A stretch of DNA of 64,000 bases from Macrostomum hystrix (taxonomy: Eukaryota; Animalia; Platyhelminthes), in the NCBI GenBank assembly GCA_950097015.1, contig CATNEN010000038.1, positions 25,854,001-25,918,000 of the forward strand, read 5' to 3'. The notes under the pieces were generated by a model. It had not been told where the DNA came from and did no database searches. It saw only the letters and a program-made list of their open reading frames with translations. A program made the translations under genes and the position numbers. Shown piece by piece: positions 1 through 13,799 of the stretch (positions are counted from its first letter, which is position 1; every line of letters starts with the position of its first letter).

Positions 1-189
1 CTCGTACTCTTACTTACTGCACCACTACTTGCATAGAATTTATTGTGTAGCTTTTTTCCACTGCCCAATGACGTGAACAACACTGGATCACACGAAGTGA
101 AGCGTATAGATTCAAAAATTTCACCAGTCGGACACAAAACATGCGTGTTAAATGCTGCATTCACATTTTAGACAAATAACTCTTTTTGT

Positions 190-1075
190 AGACACTACAT
201 TCATCAGTTAGACACTACATTCATCTGTTAGACACTACATTCATCTGTTAGACACTACATTCATCTGTTAGACGCTACATTCATCAGTTAGACACTGCAT
301 TCATCTGTTAGACGCTACATTCATCTGTTAGACGCTACATTCATCAGTTAGACACTGCATTCATCTGTTAGACGCTACATTCATCTGTTAGACACTACAT
401 TCATCTGTTAGACACTGCATTCATCTGTTAGACGCTACATTCATCTGTTAGACGCTACATTCATCAGTTAGACACTGCATTCATCTGTTAGACGCTACAT
501 TCATCTGTTAGACACTACATTCATCTGTTAGACACTACATTCATCTGTTAGACACTACATTCATCAGTTAGACGCTACATTCATCTGTTAGACACTGCAT
601 TCATCTGTTAGACACTATATTCATCAGTTAGACACTGCATTCATCTGTTAGACACCATATTCATCTGTTAGACACTATATTTATCTGTTAGACACTATAT
701 TCATCTGTTAGACACTACATTCATCTGTTAGACACTGCATTCATCTGTTAGACGCTACATTCATCTGTTAGACGCTACATTCATCAGTTAGACACTGCAT
801 TCATCTGTTAGACGCTACATTCATCTGTTAGACACTACATTCATCTGTTAGACACTACATTCATCTGTTAGACACTACATTCATCAGTTAGACGCTACAT
901 TCATCTGTTAGACACTGCATTCATCTGTTAGACACTATATTCATCAGTTAGACACTGCATTCATCTGTTAGACACCATATTCATCTGTTAGACACTATAT
1001 TTATCTGTTAGACACTATATTCATCTGTTAGACACGATATTTATCTGTTAGACACTGGATTCATCTGTGAGACAC
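190..1075. repeat. 20-bp tandem array (consensus TCATCTGTTAGACACTACAT)
   Basis: Directly visible 20-bp period, about 44 copies. The rare variant GACACCATAT recurs at 651 and 971, indicating a 320-bp block duplication. Confidence 0.98.
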
Positions 1076-1076
1076 T

Positions 1077-3157
1077 AATCTGTTAGATACTACACTCACC
1101 TATTAGATGAGTCATACATCTGTTAGATACTACACTCACCTGTTAGATGAGTCATACATCTGTTAGATACTACACTCACCTGTTAGATGGTGCATACATC
1201 TGTTAGATACTACACCCACCTGTTAGATGGCGCATATATCTGTTAGATACTACACTCACCTGTTAGATGGTGCATACATCTGTTAGATACTACACTCACC
1301 TGTTAGATGATGCATATATCTGTTAGATACTACACCCACCTGTTAGATGGTGCATACATCTGTTAAATACTACACTCACCTGTTAGATGGTGCATATATC
1401 TGTTAGATACTACACTCACCTGTTAGATGGTGCATATATCTGTTAGATACTACACTCACCTGTTAGATGGTGCATACATCTGTTAGATACTACACTCACC
1501 TGTTAGATGGTGCATACATCTGTTAGATACTACACTCACCTGTTAGATGGTGCATACATCTGTTAGATACTACACTCACCTGTTAGATGGTGTATATATC
1601 TGTTAGATACTACACTCACCTGTTAGATGATGCATACATCTGTTAGATACTACACTCACCTGTTAGATGATGCATATATCTGTTAGATACTACACTCACC
1701 TGTTAGATGGTGCATACATCTGTTAGATACTACACTCACCTGTTAGATGGTGCATACATCTGTTAGATACTACACTCACCTGTTAGATGGTGCATACATC
1801 TGTTAGATACTACACTCACCTGTTAGATGATGCATATATCTGTTAGATACTACACTCACCTGTTAGATGGTGCATACATCTGTTAGATACTACACTCACC
1901 TGTTAGATGGTGCATATATCTGTTAGATACTACACTCACCTGTTAGATGGTGCATACATCTGTTAGATACTACACTCACCTGTTAGATGGTGCATACATC
2001 TGTTAGATACTACACTCACCTGTTAGATGGTGCATACATCTGTTAGATACTACACTCACCTGTTAGATGATGCATATATCTGTTAGATACTACACTCACC
2101 TGTTAGATGGTGCATACATCTGTTAGATACTACACTCACCTGTTAGATGGTGCATACATCTGTTAGATACTACACTCACCTGTTAGATGATGCATACATC
2201 TGTTAGATACTACACTCACCTGTTAGATGGTGCATACATCTGTTAGATACTACACTCACCTGTTAGATGGTGCATACATCTGTTAGATACTACACTCACC
2301 TGTTAGATGGTGCATATATCTGTTAGATACTACACTCACCTGTTAGATGATGCATACATCTGTTAGATACTACACTCACCTGTTAAATGATGCATACATC
2401 TGTTAGATACTACACTCACCTGTTAGATGATGCATACATCTGTTAGATACTACACCCACCTATTAGATGGTGCATACATCTGTTAGATACTACACTCACC
2501 TGTTAGATGGTGCATACATCTGTTAGATACTACACTCACCTGTTAGATGATGCATACATCTGTTAGATACTACACTCACCTGTTAGATGGTGCATACATC
2601 TGTTAGATACTACACTCACCTGTTAGATGTTGCATACATCTGTTAGATACTACACTCACCTGTTAGATGGTGCATACATCTGTTAGATACTACACTCACC
2701 TGTTAGATGATGCATACTTCTGTTAGATACTACACTCACCTGTTAGATGATGCATATATCTGTTAGATACTACACTCACCTGTTAAATGATGCATACATC
2801 TGTTAGATACTACACTCACCTGTTAGATGGTGCATACATCTGTTAGATACTACACTCACCTGTTAGATGGTGCATACATCTGTTAGATACTACACTCACC
2901 TGTTAGATGGTGCATACATCTGTTAGATACTACACTCACCTGTTAGATGATGCATATATCTGTTAGAAACTACACTCACCTGTTAAATGATGCATACATC
3001 TGTTAGATACTACACTCACCTGTTAGATGATGCATACATCTGTTAGATACTACACCCACCTATTAGATGGTGCATACATCTGTTAGATACTACACTCACC
3101 TGTTAGATGATGCATACATCTGTTAGATACTATACACCCACCTATTAGATGGTGCAT
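1077..3157. repeat. 40-bp tandem array (TGTTAGATACTACACTCACC-TGTTAGATGGTGCATACATC), a dimer of two 20-mers
   Basis: Directly visible 40-bp period, about 52 copies. Both halves keep the CTGTTAGA core of the adjacent 20-mer array. Confidence 0.98.
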
Positions 3158-3844
3158 AAATTCTTTAGTTGTGTTTTACATCTTTTAAAAGTCACGACCA
3201 TTGGCTGTTAGAAAATTTACAAAGCTTCTATGCTGAGGCAGGTAAATTTAAAGTGTACAAAAGTAATTTATTTTACAGCCACCACCAATTATAAAAATTC
3301 TTTAGCTAAAATGGAGCCCGCATTTCGTCCGAATGACAACAAAAAAGATTTGTTAAATCGTAAATTAAAATGGGACACCAGAATAGCCGAAGCCATTGCG
3401 GTTGCACGCATCTGCTAAGAATTTTCCATTCCAATCCATCCACCGTCATGCTACTATTCAACTAAAATCTCCGAGACATAAGGGCAGAGTGGCGCATTCG
3501 ATTCGCAACTTAAACAAAGTGAATTTGAATCGAATCGAATAGAAAATATCCCGGTCAAATCGAATCGACTTGAGTGCCCGAGCGAAAATAAAATCAGGGC
3601 TCACTATAGCTCCATCTTTGCCGCCGCCGCCGTCGCCGCAGTCCTTTTCTGGGGCCATTAGTAAAATTGAAGCGGCCCTGTCATGTCCCCCTCCCTATTC
3701 ACTTCGAGTTAGGCCTGGAGTTCCGGCCTTCAGCTTTTATGCATCGATGCTGTGATCACTGCACGACCTCTGTGTGCAGCCATGCTCCTATGGGTCTCAA
3801 TAGTGTGCTGCCTCTTTTCTTCGTCAACTGATATTCCTCAACTC

Positions 3845-4080
3845 TGTAGATATTTCTTCTCTCGTTCTCTCTGGAGGTGTTTTTCTTCCCCGTAAGTCTC
3901 TCCCTTCAGTAGATCTTTCTCCCATTCATAGATCTTTCTCCCCTCGGTAGATCATTTCCCCTTTCCGAAGATCTTTTTCCCCTCCGCAGATCTTTCTCCC
4001 TCCGTAGATATTTCTGATCCCTTCCGTAGATATTTTCCCTCCCAAAAATCTTTCTCCCCTCTGTGTATCTATCTCCTCTG
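3845..4080. repeat. Degenerate ~20-bp pyrimidine-rich array (TAGATCTTTCTCCCCTC-like)
   Basis: Recurrent AGATCTTT/AGATATTT plus C/T runs at roughly 20-bp spacing. Confidence 0.65.
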
Positions 4081-4394
4081 CGTACAGTTTATTTCTGTCA
4101 GTCAAGTCACAGCTCTGAATACTGAATATCAACTAACCAACCAATAGCATCATCTAAAGGCCGTAAATCCAGTGCCTTACAGCTTCTTAGATTTTGCTTT
4201 CAGCTACTAGTTCTCCCTATTTGAGCGGTCTCAAAGCAGTCCACTTGCATTTAAGGCGAGTCAGTTCGTATAGAGATTAGGAATCGGCAGTTAAAAAGGA
4301 AAATATAAATTGATCTACAGTTTAAAAAACGAGAGCAGAGAATCAAATATCAGCATATTACCTAATAGCCATCGTGGTAGCAGAGAGGAACAAT

Positions 4395-7300
4395 ATGAAA
4401 AGCAATTTTGCAACCAGCAATTCCAACGCCCCAGACGAATTCGAGATGAGTAAGTGTTGAGTGCTTAGTTTAATACATGTATGCATTTGCAAAACACACA
4501 CTGACCAATGTCCATTAGAGTGATGTTAAAATACTGTAAAACCTCTCGCAGGGTGATAAACATGGCCCATAATGCTAGGAAACACATGCAGCTACCACTC
4601 CGGTTTGCATATAAATATTGTAAACTGCAATAGCAGCAATACTCGTCAGATCAGCTGCAAATCAGAATTGCTTGCAGTCACTGCTCTAAATTATCTTTGC
4701 TATAATGGCACTGAGTCAGTCAGCCTGCAGACTTGATGGACGCGGAGCCGTGGTCAGGTAGATTGGGAAGATGGCGGAAAGCTGCGTACCAGACTAGGTT
4801 TAGCCAGCCCGCACAGCCTATTGTCGTATTTCTTTAAGAAAAACTGGCCATTCAACTCAATGGTCTTTGTCTGCTGAATTTGAATGGCCGCTGTTTGACA
4901 ATGACAGTTGTCAATCAACGAAAATCGCAACGCAATTAACTGTTATTCCTGATAGAAATTCAAATATAATTTAATAAAGAAATGCGTTCTATTAAATAGG
5001 CCATCTCGCCAGCATTCATCTCATTTCGCCATTGTTATCCACCTCAGGGGATCTGGAAGCCGAGCTGCTACAGGTGTTTATTGAGAAGCCGGCGAGCAGT
5101 GCTGAGCAGTCAGCGGCCCGTACAGTGGATCCGCGTCAGTTGACAAAGCCCCGACTGCCGCCAGCTGTGCCAGGTGAGTGATCGTGAGTTATTCTCAAAC
5201 GAAATTCTTGAATTTATCACATCGACAAGAAAAGCTTTTGAGTGTGCAAATTAGGAGTGTTCGGGTGCTGTTTTTCGGGGAAAATAACAAACAACAATGA
5301 GGTAAATTCGCAATTTTTTCATGAATTTTTATCTGAGTCTCCAGTGAAGTAGACTAAATAGCGCTGTCTGTCATTTTATTTATCGTCATATGTTAAGCTA
5401 CTTTGTGTTATGCTATAACAAAATATGAATATTTCGTAATTATAATCCGAATCATTCAAAATTTGCACTGGCGCTAAAGAGTAAGTGCGCTCTATTAACT
5501 AGATACGACAACAACAAAACAACAAACTACAGCAACCCTGGCTGAGGCCAAAGAGTGGGAAGCTGTCAAAAAAAGCGCGCGAGCGCAGAACTGGGCCCGG
5601 TGGTACAGCTCATCGTTGCTGATGTTGGTCGTGGAGTTCGGCGAGTAAGTGGACTCCGAAGGCAGCGCGCAGAAGTGCAGCGTGCGCGGCGTTTAGCTGC
5701 CGCTCCTGTGAGCTAGTCAGGGTCCACGTGTGGGCGTTGTACAGGAGCACAGTTTCGATGACGGCCTGGTACAGACGGCCCCTCAGCCGGTCTGGCAGCG
5801 CGGGACACTGCAGTACAGTTCGCAGGGAGCGAAACGCCCCCCAGGCGAGCGCCCTGCGCCGAGCGATGTCGTCCTGCACGCTTGGCACCAGACCGCCGAG
5901 TTAGGTGAATGTCGTGCAGCGAGGCAGCAGCGCCGCCTGCCCGTTCGCATTACGACAGCGGATCTCAGCGGGCAGGTCTGCCGGGACGGTAAGCACCATC
6001 GTCTTCTTGGCGTTCACAGACAGACCGACCACGGCTGCCGTGGCCGTCAGCTTGTCCAGCAGTCGTTGGGCTCCTTCCGCAGAGCTTGAAAGCAGCGCCA
6101 GATCGTCTGCGTACGCCAGAACGGAGAGCCGCTTCTCGGGATGTCGCCTGCTTGTTCTGCGACAGAGCAAAAAGCCATTGGAGTCATCAGGAAGGCTGAC
6201 GCGCAGCACCCAGTTCAGGACCAGGACGAACAGGAAGGGCGCCAGAGTGTCCCCCTGCAGCACGCCAGAGGATGTGTCGAAAAAGTCCGACAGACCGTCT
6301 GGCGTCACAACTGCCGCCTTGGTCTCCTGGTACAGGGCCATCACAGCCATTACCAGCTGCTCAGGCACATGGTACGCACGCAGGATGCTCGCAATGACTC
6401 GCCTCGACACCGAATCGAAGGCCTTCAGAAAGTCCACGATGATGCAGACGACGATCGATTGGTGGATGCGAGCTTCTTCTAAGATACGGCGCAACGCGAG
6501 AATTTGTGACACTGTGCCCCTGCTTGGCCTGAAACCGTTCTGCTCTCGCCGGAGAAACTGGTCCAGCACTGGCTGCAGCCGCGTCAGCAGCACCCTGTTG
6601 TACAACTTCGCGGCGCAAGACATCAGTGAGATTCCGCGATGCTCGTCGATCTTGATGGTGCCGGGCTTCTTTGGAATTCCAACGATGTGCGCAGTCCGCC
6701 ACTCGGGAGGGGCGACGCCCCCGCGAGTACGCGGTTCATCACTTGCGTAACTTCCCGCGCCACTCGCGGGAGGCGCAGCACCTCGATCGGCACCTCGTCA
6801 GGTCCCGTGGCCTTGCCTCCCGGCGACTTTAAATAGACTGCAACTTTAAATAGACTGCAACTTTATACGAGCTAGGTAGATACGAGCTAGGTACTAAATA
6901 TAGAGAGTAGAGAGTCAGAGAGACAGAGACTATGAGCGAGTAGTTTAATCCCAGAAGCATATGATCAATGACCATAATGGCCTACAAAGATGCGCCTCGT
7001 TTATTGTACATACAGCTAGTAGCGACAGCCAGAATCCAAAGCCGTGTGTTTGTTTTCTATCTATCTGCTATTGGTTTTCAACTTCTATTTCAAACTAAGT
7101 AACTTCAATTTCGTCCGCGAGACCGACCAGCCCAAATAAGAGTAAATCAATTTCACAAAAAGTAACTACTATTTCGTCTTGCATTTTTTTCATCCGGCTT
7201 CAAACATTTTTATAGGCCATGATGGGCCTGTACTTTCAATATATAGTTTTGAGTCTCAGGCAGACACCAAAGTGGAAGACGAACAACAAAAAGAGCCCGT

Positions 7301-10300
7301 ATTGTCGCTCCAATAAGATTGGAGCTTCAAGAGCGCCTGGATGTGAAAGTGTCGGCACTATCCAATTAGCTGAATTTTTTGTGATTCTGTGCAATAGGGC
7401 CATAAATCTCTCGACACTCGACAGAATTATTTTAATTGCATTGCGCGGCGGAGTCGGTGGTGGCGTCGACGAAGATCAAAGGCAAGGACAAAGTCCCTAT
7501 TTCACAGAGCGGACGCAAACACAAATCGCTGTGCTGAAGAGACATAATTGAAGTTACATTTTGTGAAATTGATTTACTCTACCATTTTACAATAATACTC
7601 CGGTCAAAGCCTTCAATCTGAGTCAAATTTGTCTACTAGATAGACACACAAATTAAAGTTACTCACATTTCTAATCTGTTAATGATTTGGAATTGGGAAG
7701 AAATTTTACAGCTTTAATGAATCTAATTTGTCAATATTATCGAGAATAATAAATATTTGAACCACTTTTATAGAACTTATACATGGATTAAACTTTTTAA
7801 ATTAAAAAATCAAAACCCCAAAAAAACCCGGTAGTGAGTTCAATGAGTTTTTTTAGTGATAGTGAGTTTACTCCCAAGGAGAGAGGGTACACTATCTGAT
7901 GATCAAAAGTCAGGTGAAATGTACGATGGTTGTGTCAGAAATTCACTCCGATACTTATGATATTTTGTTGATGAAAAATCTTACTTCCAACAATCAATAA
8001 AAGCTTGGTCACTTGGAGGGACTACCCTTTTGGCCACTATGAAGAAAAGTAAGCAGCGATGCGCCGTCTTTCAATTAGACCTGAAGCTGCACAAAAAGCA
8101 TGCAGAAATCTTCCATGATGTGGCATCAGGGCGAATGAATAACCCTTCGAAAACTAAAGGACCCGCTGGGGTATACAGATAAATAGCATTATCTCTGAGC
8201 ACGGTACGTAAACTCCTGCCAACGGTTGTTTGGGATTAAGAGGGCAGCTTGAGGGTTGAATGGCTACCCGAGGGCAGAGTCATCGATGCCAAATATCATC
8301 TTGTGAAATCAAGGAACAAATTTCTATGACCACTTGGGGTATATTCGCATGGGCACCTAGCAAAGAACGCTAGTCAATTCTTCGCCTATGGCATTAACAA
8401 ACTGCCTGCGAGATGGCGCAAGTGCATGCAGCTCAAGGGGGGAATTGCTTTGCTTGTTTATCAGTTAAACTTGTCAGCGAATTGATGACACAACCCTCGA
8501 GCACACCTGCGAGAGTGTATGTGTGCTCAAGGGTCAGTTAAATGGTCAAAGTCAACTCCTCGATGGCAACGTGTCGTCTACTGTCAGAGGACCCAGAATT
8601 GGCTGAACTGGGTGGGTTTTATTGACTGAAAATCAATCTAATATCGAGCAGGAAAACCCTATATATCAAGCAGAGATCTTCCAGACTTCTAGACATGTTT
8701 AGAAACTTTGTTAAACTCAAATAATTTCCTAAAATAAGGTCATTAAAAGAGTGTCAAACAGATTTAAATCATTTTTGGCAGATAATCTAATATAAGCTCT
8801 ATATGTCTGTGAACTCCCTTTGGCTGACCCCTTCAAAGGAAACTAGTTGCTACGAGGAAAAAATCTAGTTACACAGCCGGCGGATTTCTATCCTACTTTG
8901 ACCAAAAATAATGGGATAATGAACTAGCGGGCCGTATAAATAGAGTCGACTGTCCTATAGGAGACATTTTAGCTGAGCTGACAACACCAAAACTGCACCA
9001 AGAAGTCTCGACATAGTAGGCATGTTACTTGTTATCCCTTCTTGTTATTCACAATACGAGTATACGGGTAGACAAAAATTAGCAAGTCTCCAGCTTAGAC
9101 TATTTCAATGAAGCAGCCAGCACAAGAGTACTGCCGAAATGCGAGACGGACCGAGTGGAGCTGCTAAGACGCATGCCGAGTTAGTGGGAACGGCGGCAGC
9201 AGAGGACACGACAACAGCAACAGCGGTAACAGTGGCTAAATAAAACAGTCTTACCTGAACACAATTTATCCATAGGATGCGCTAAGCTATTATGTAGGCA
9301 GTAGAATCAGAAAAGCTAATTCCATGATCAGGAGATTGTCCAGACGAAATAGCAAGTGTCGGGCGGTGCACACTAATGCATCTGGGGATAGGGGCCTGTG
9401 TCTAGGTCTACAGCGCCAAAAAAACTCTGGGATCGCTCTTGGGATTAATAAGACATCAATCTATGAGCATAAAATGTAAATTAACATAGAAAGTGGTAAA
9501 ATGATGCGCCAAATTTGAGATCCATAGGGATTATTAAAGTACAACGTTGTCCTATATCTTAACAACGATTCTATCGTACAATACTGTTATTAGATAGATA
9601 TTTAAATTTACAGTTAGTCGAATTTGGATTTAGCCTAACTTCCATTTAGTAGAAATTTCCATTTAGTTGATCAAATATTTCTTGTAATTTCGTCGTACGA
9701 GTATGTAAGTTTTGTTTAGTTTTCCGCAACTGTTTTCGTGTTTGAATCTCCTCAATTAATAGTTTGATTTTACGAATCTATTTGCTATGCATTATTGATA
9801 GCTTGAATATTATACGAGCGTAAATCATAGTAAAGTATTATCAAAGGTAAGGATAATATACATAAATATATATATATATATATATAATATATTAATATAT
9901 TTATAAAATAAATAAAAATAGTTCATTATCAGTTGAAAAAATCTTGGCGGGGCGATAGTGAACACGTCTCCATACATTTCATTAGTTATCCTCCGCGTGC
10001 CTTGTATGGCTTGGCGACATAGGTTGGCGACAAGCAACGGGGTTGAAAAATTATGCCCAACAAAAGAAGCTGTATTCGACAATCGACTGATTAAGATAAA
10101 CTGTGTCCAACGTTAAATAGCAAAATATTTTCAACATAACAGAAAAATTATGGCAAAATACTTTTATGAGAATGGGTCGTCTACTACAGCCAGGGTTCAT
10201 GTTTCCCTCTCGTCGCTGTTGTCAAGACAGTTATTTATTCGTTCATCAAACTAGCTAACCATAATCTTGAGTTAAATGTTAGATGTGCCACATTAATGCT

Positions 10301-12425
10301 AGGGCAGTGTTGCCTAGTTATTATAAGAAATTTCTTACACCTGCCCCAATTGGCCCAGATGCAGCCGACAGCACAGCCGCAGCTATTGCATGCGCGGCGC
10401 ATCAGAAGGCTGTGTCAGGCTGCTCAGTCCATGGACTGAACGGGCGCCACACCCGTCCTTAGCCCAGCTAATGCTAGTCCACGCTTAACATCTGGGTAAA
10501 CTGAATCCATGAACAGTTAAGTGTCTTGCTAAAGGACACAAATTGTTCCACTGGAGTCAAGAATCGAATCCCCGACCTTCAAATTGTGAGTCTAGAATTC
10601 CTCTCCTCTCGCTGCAGGAAATATGGAGCGCAGGAAGAATGGCGTCATGATGTTCTGCGAATGCAGCTCGATTCGCGGCGTGCCCAAGATTGCCCGGTCA
10701 TCTTCCAATTTTCTGCGCAAAATGTGGCTCGCCTTTGTCATCGGTATGAGCCTGGCATTAATTGTCTCGGTGTCATTCTCGGTCCGTCGCTACCTGAACT
10801 ATGACGTCATAGTTCACACGTCAGACAAGCAGAAGTTCGACTCGATGTTCCCTGCTATAACCATCTGCCTTCACCAGCCGTTCTCCCGCGGCGCATTTCC
10901 TCTATGGGCCAACAAGTCGGCGATGTCACCACGAAGCTACAATCGGCTACTTCGTGATCTCGCCCTCAAGACCATCAACCAAACAAATGAGTTCTCCGAC
11001 ATCACCAGAAATGGTGCAGATCCGATAGCCTACGCATTGTACTACGATTCTCTTGAAGTTTACTATCAGAACATACCATATGAGACCATTATCAAGCTTA
11101 GCCACGAGCAGAATGTCATTCGCAAATGCATCATACGCAATCGACGCGGCGTGATCACCTTTAAGGATCCTTGCAATCTCACTGAGCACGGCTTTGACAT
11201 CAAATTGTTCTCACATCCGAAGCATTTGAATTGTTACACCGTCGAACCAAATAAAGCGGATGTGTCGCTGGACACTTTATCCATTGGCCTCGCAGTCGAC
11301 CTGGGACCAAAGCCGGACTACGCAAATCACCAACAGGGCTTTCTCAACGACGTCTTTGACCAGGCTGCCGGCTTGCGGGTTGTGATTCACGAGCCCAATC
11401 GATACCCAGATGTGGAGCACTTAGGAAAGAATATCGAGGCGGGCAAGATGACGGAGCTGGCTTACACACCAACAATTTGGAACCGGAGCAACACACCCGC
11501 CAATCCGTGCATTGAGGGCGAGGGTGAGTCCTACTCTGACTTGGGTCGCATCTTCGAATATAGTCAAAGCGAGTGCACAAAGCTAAATCAACAGCTGCTG
11601 GTGATGGAGCACTGTAATTGCGTATTGGGATTGCCTGGCTATCCGAGACCACGGATACCTACAAAGGATCATGCTTATTGTGCCGCCTTCAGTGAAGCGT
11701 TCAATAAAACATTTAAAGACTTTATGAACCATGTGAAGTGCGTTGGCGACATATTGCACAGTCCGGAACCGCCATGTCTGTCTCGTTGTGTGTTCTTCGA
11801 ATATGAGACAAAGATCTCTGTGACAGAATGGGGCGCTACGGACTGGCAGGTGGACTGGTCCGGAAGGTACGTCAACGATATAGAGGATCTGGAAAAGTTG
11901 ATCGATGCGCGAGACGAAAAACCGGCCGATATTCGACCACCAGGATGGCGTCAAAAGTTTTACGATGTCAGGGAGCGCATTTTACGCTATCTCCAGGAAG
12001 ACAATCTGACGTCTACCATTCATGGTCGCGTCTCCGATCGCATGGTGGAATCAAAGAGTTTCGCCTACGTGCTGCTAAAGCGAAAGGGTGACAATCTGAT
12101 CCTGAAGGAGGAGAAACACGTGCTAACGCTGAACGCTCTGATGTCTCAAATTGGCGGACTATGCTCTCTGACTATTGGCCTGACATGCGCAGTAGCTGTT
12201 GAGATCGTGGAGTTCATCTATATCTACCTGACGTCGCTTCGGCATGAGAATAAGCGTCCTGCTGAAGAAGCCGCGGTGACATCCGCCAACGAGAGCCACC
12301 CCGCAGCAGCCTGCTCTGAACCCGACCTGTCCGCGGACTCTCTACGACTGAGGTCCACCGATGGCGAAGGCGACGAACAATTGCCGATAAACTGCCATCG
12401 TCGGGCGGACGTTTCGCGACTTTAA
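4395..12425 (+). CDS. DEG/ENaC (ASIC/FaNaC-related) ion channel; model join(4395..4449,5048..5173,10618..12425)
   Basis: ORF 10623-12425 has the pre-TM1 motif (SSIRGVPKI), TM1, FPAITIC, NCYT, GLRVVIH, a Cys-rich thumb and TM2 (SQIGGLCSLTIGLTC..VEIVE). A strong acceptor (ctctcgctgcag) ends at 10617. Two upstream exons have GTAAGT/GTGAGT donors, both phase 1, and join in frame without stops. The upstream exons are less certain than the main exon. Confidence 0.9.
5570..6830 (-). mobile_element. Truncated, disrupted non-LTR retrotransposon (RTE-like) reverse transcriptase fragment in ENaC intron 2
   Basis: KATGPD, RGISLMS, QNGFR, DFLKAFDS, GVLQGDTLAPFLF and YADD motifs. In-frame stop at ~5901 and a frameshift near 6740. 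No endonuclease domain and no intact 3' end. Confidence 0.92.
7924..8499 (+). mobile_element. Internally deleted mariner (Tc1/mariner) relic with TIRs
   Basis: Left TIR TA|CGATGGTTGTGTCA and right TIR TGACACAACCCTCG. Coding remnants translate as VVWD*EGSLRVEWLPEGRVIDAKY and FFAYGINKLPARWRKCMQLKG, a typical mariner C-terminus. Confidence 0.8.
10335..10606 (-). mobile_element. CORE-SINE family A copy (head eroded)
   Basis: Colinear with the fuller copy at 26401-26695. Confidence 0.85.
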
Positions 12426-13799
12426 AACCGCGCCGTACGTTTGTTTGAGTGCACTGTAGCAACGCTGAAATTGCACTCTGAACTAACCGAATTTCGGAGA
12501 AAGACTTGCTTATGTTTGTAGTGTGATTTAGAAGTAAGCTGGGCGTATTTTTTGCTTCTTTTTAAATCAGCCTCTCTTTCTATCTTGACACAATGCTTTT
12601 TGCTGTTTTGTATTGTGTAAATATGTGACACAAAGTTTAAAAAAAGGAAAACATAATCGATGTTTTTTTCATTTGTACTTTGAATCGATGTTTTTGTTCA
12701 TGGACAGTGCTGTCCTGTGTACTGAACTGTCACTAACGATTGTGGTAGTATTGTTTTAATTACAATGGTTATTTGGATATTTTCTTGCCGATTCGTGTTG
12801 TGGCTTCGAGTTTTCCTGACAAAATAATTTTATTTATTTAATTTTTCGAAGCCTATAGCTTAGACTTTATTGCAACCCAATTTAGTTCTATAATTGACCA
12901 GTTCAAAATACAATGCATCTTCCCTAAGACCTTTCTAAAAGTACACATTTACGACAACTGGTTGCATGTATCCTGTGGACGGTAATATCATACTTTAGAC
13001 TGAATCTCTAAGATATGTCTGTCCTGACTGGAATTCCTGTCTATACATTTTTGAGCGTCAATAAATTACTGTGTTCGCCTGTTTGCCATGTGTATGTAGC
13101 ACTAAATTTTATCACAGAAAATGCAACTTATTCATTTGTATTTACGATATATTTACCTATTTATGTTCTGATCTAAAAGTTAAGACCAACGATATGATGA
13201 ACGCCATGGATGCACGCCCGAGACACCTTGTTAGCTTAACTAGGACAAAAATCACAAAAAACTAAGGCATCCAGAAGAATGCCTAACTATATAATTTATA
13301 TTTCCTTCTCTAAGCTAAATTGTAACATTATTTCGTGTTTACTGTTTGGTGAAGGTAACAAGAGGACACTATCTATACATAACTGATGTCTGGCTTTTTC
13401 AGTCGATTACCGTTCTATCATAATAAACGATTTACGATTGCTTAACGTTTGATCGATCGAACTCTATATTTTTCATAACTGCTTACTGATGATTAATAAA
13501 ACTGTGGAATACTATGGATTAGTATGGAAGTATATGTGAAAACTGTGGAAGTGTAACACACTCGAGCATGTAAATAGCTACTTTTAGTAGTGTTAATTTG
13601 ACTCGCTTTAGGTTCTTCATTTAGTAGCAGCAATTCTTGCAGGCCACACAACACCTGCAATACTTTTGTGTAACTTTCATTCTCATTGGCAGATCGCGTC
13701 ATCTTGAATAAAGTCTACTCTATCATGTGCTGTTGTGCAGTCTGTCTTACAATCGGCAAAGTTTTCTATAATTTACCGACTAATTTTTATAGTTTATGT

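Noticed and set aside
190-3157. CRISPR-like array interpretation of the conserved core plus variable half
   Set aside because: The variable parts are near-identical rather than unique spacers, there are no cas genes, and the context is eukaryotic.
18-3418. Possible exons flanking the first satellite (minus 18-154; plus ~3190-3241 and 3279-3418)
   Set aside because: Splice-like signals and short open frames exist on both strands, but I could not build a consistent or recognisable model.
5730-6836. Plus-strand ORFs over the RT, and similar shadow ORFs over the ENaC, nAChR and VWA exons
   Set aside because: Antisense or alternate-frame shadows of GC-rich coding sequence.
6825-6895. Short tandem duplications at the LINE 5' junction and at 58439-58493
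   Set aside because: Two-copy 16-28 bp duplications consistent with ordinary repair or slippage.
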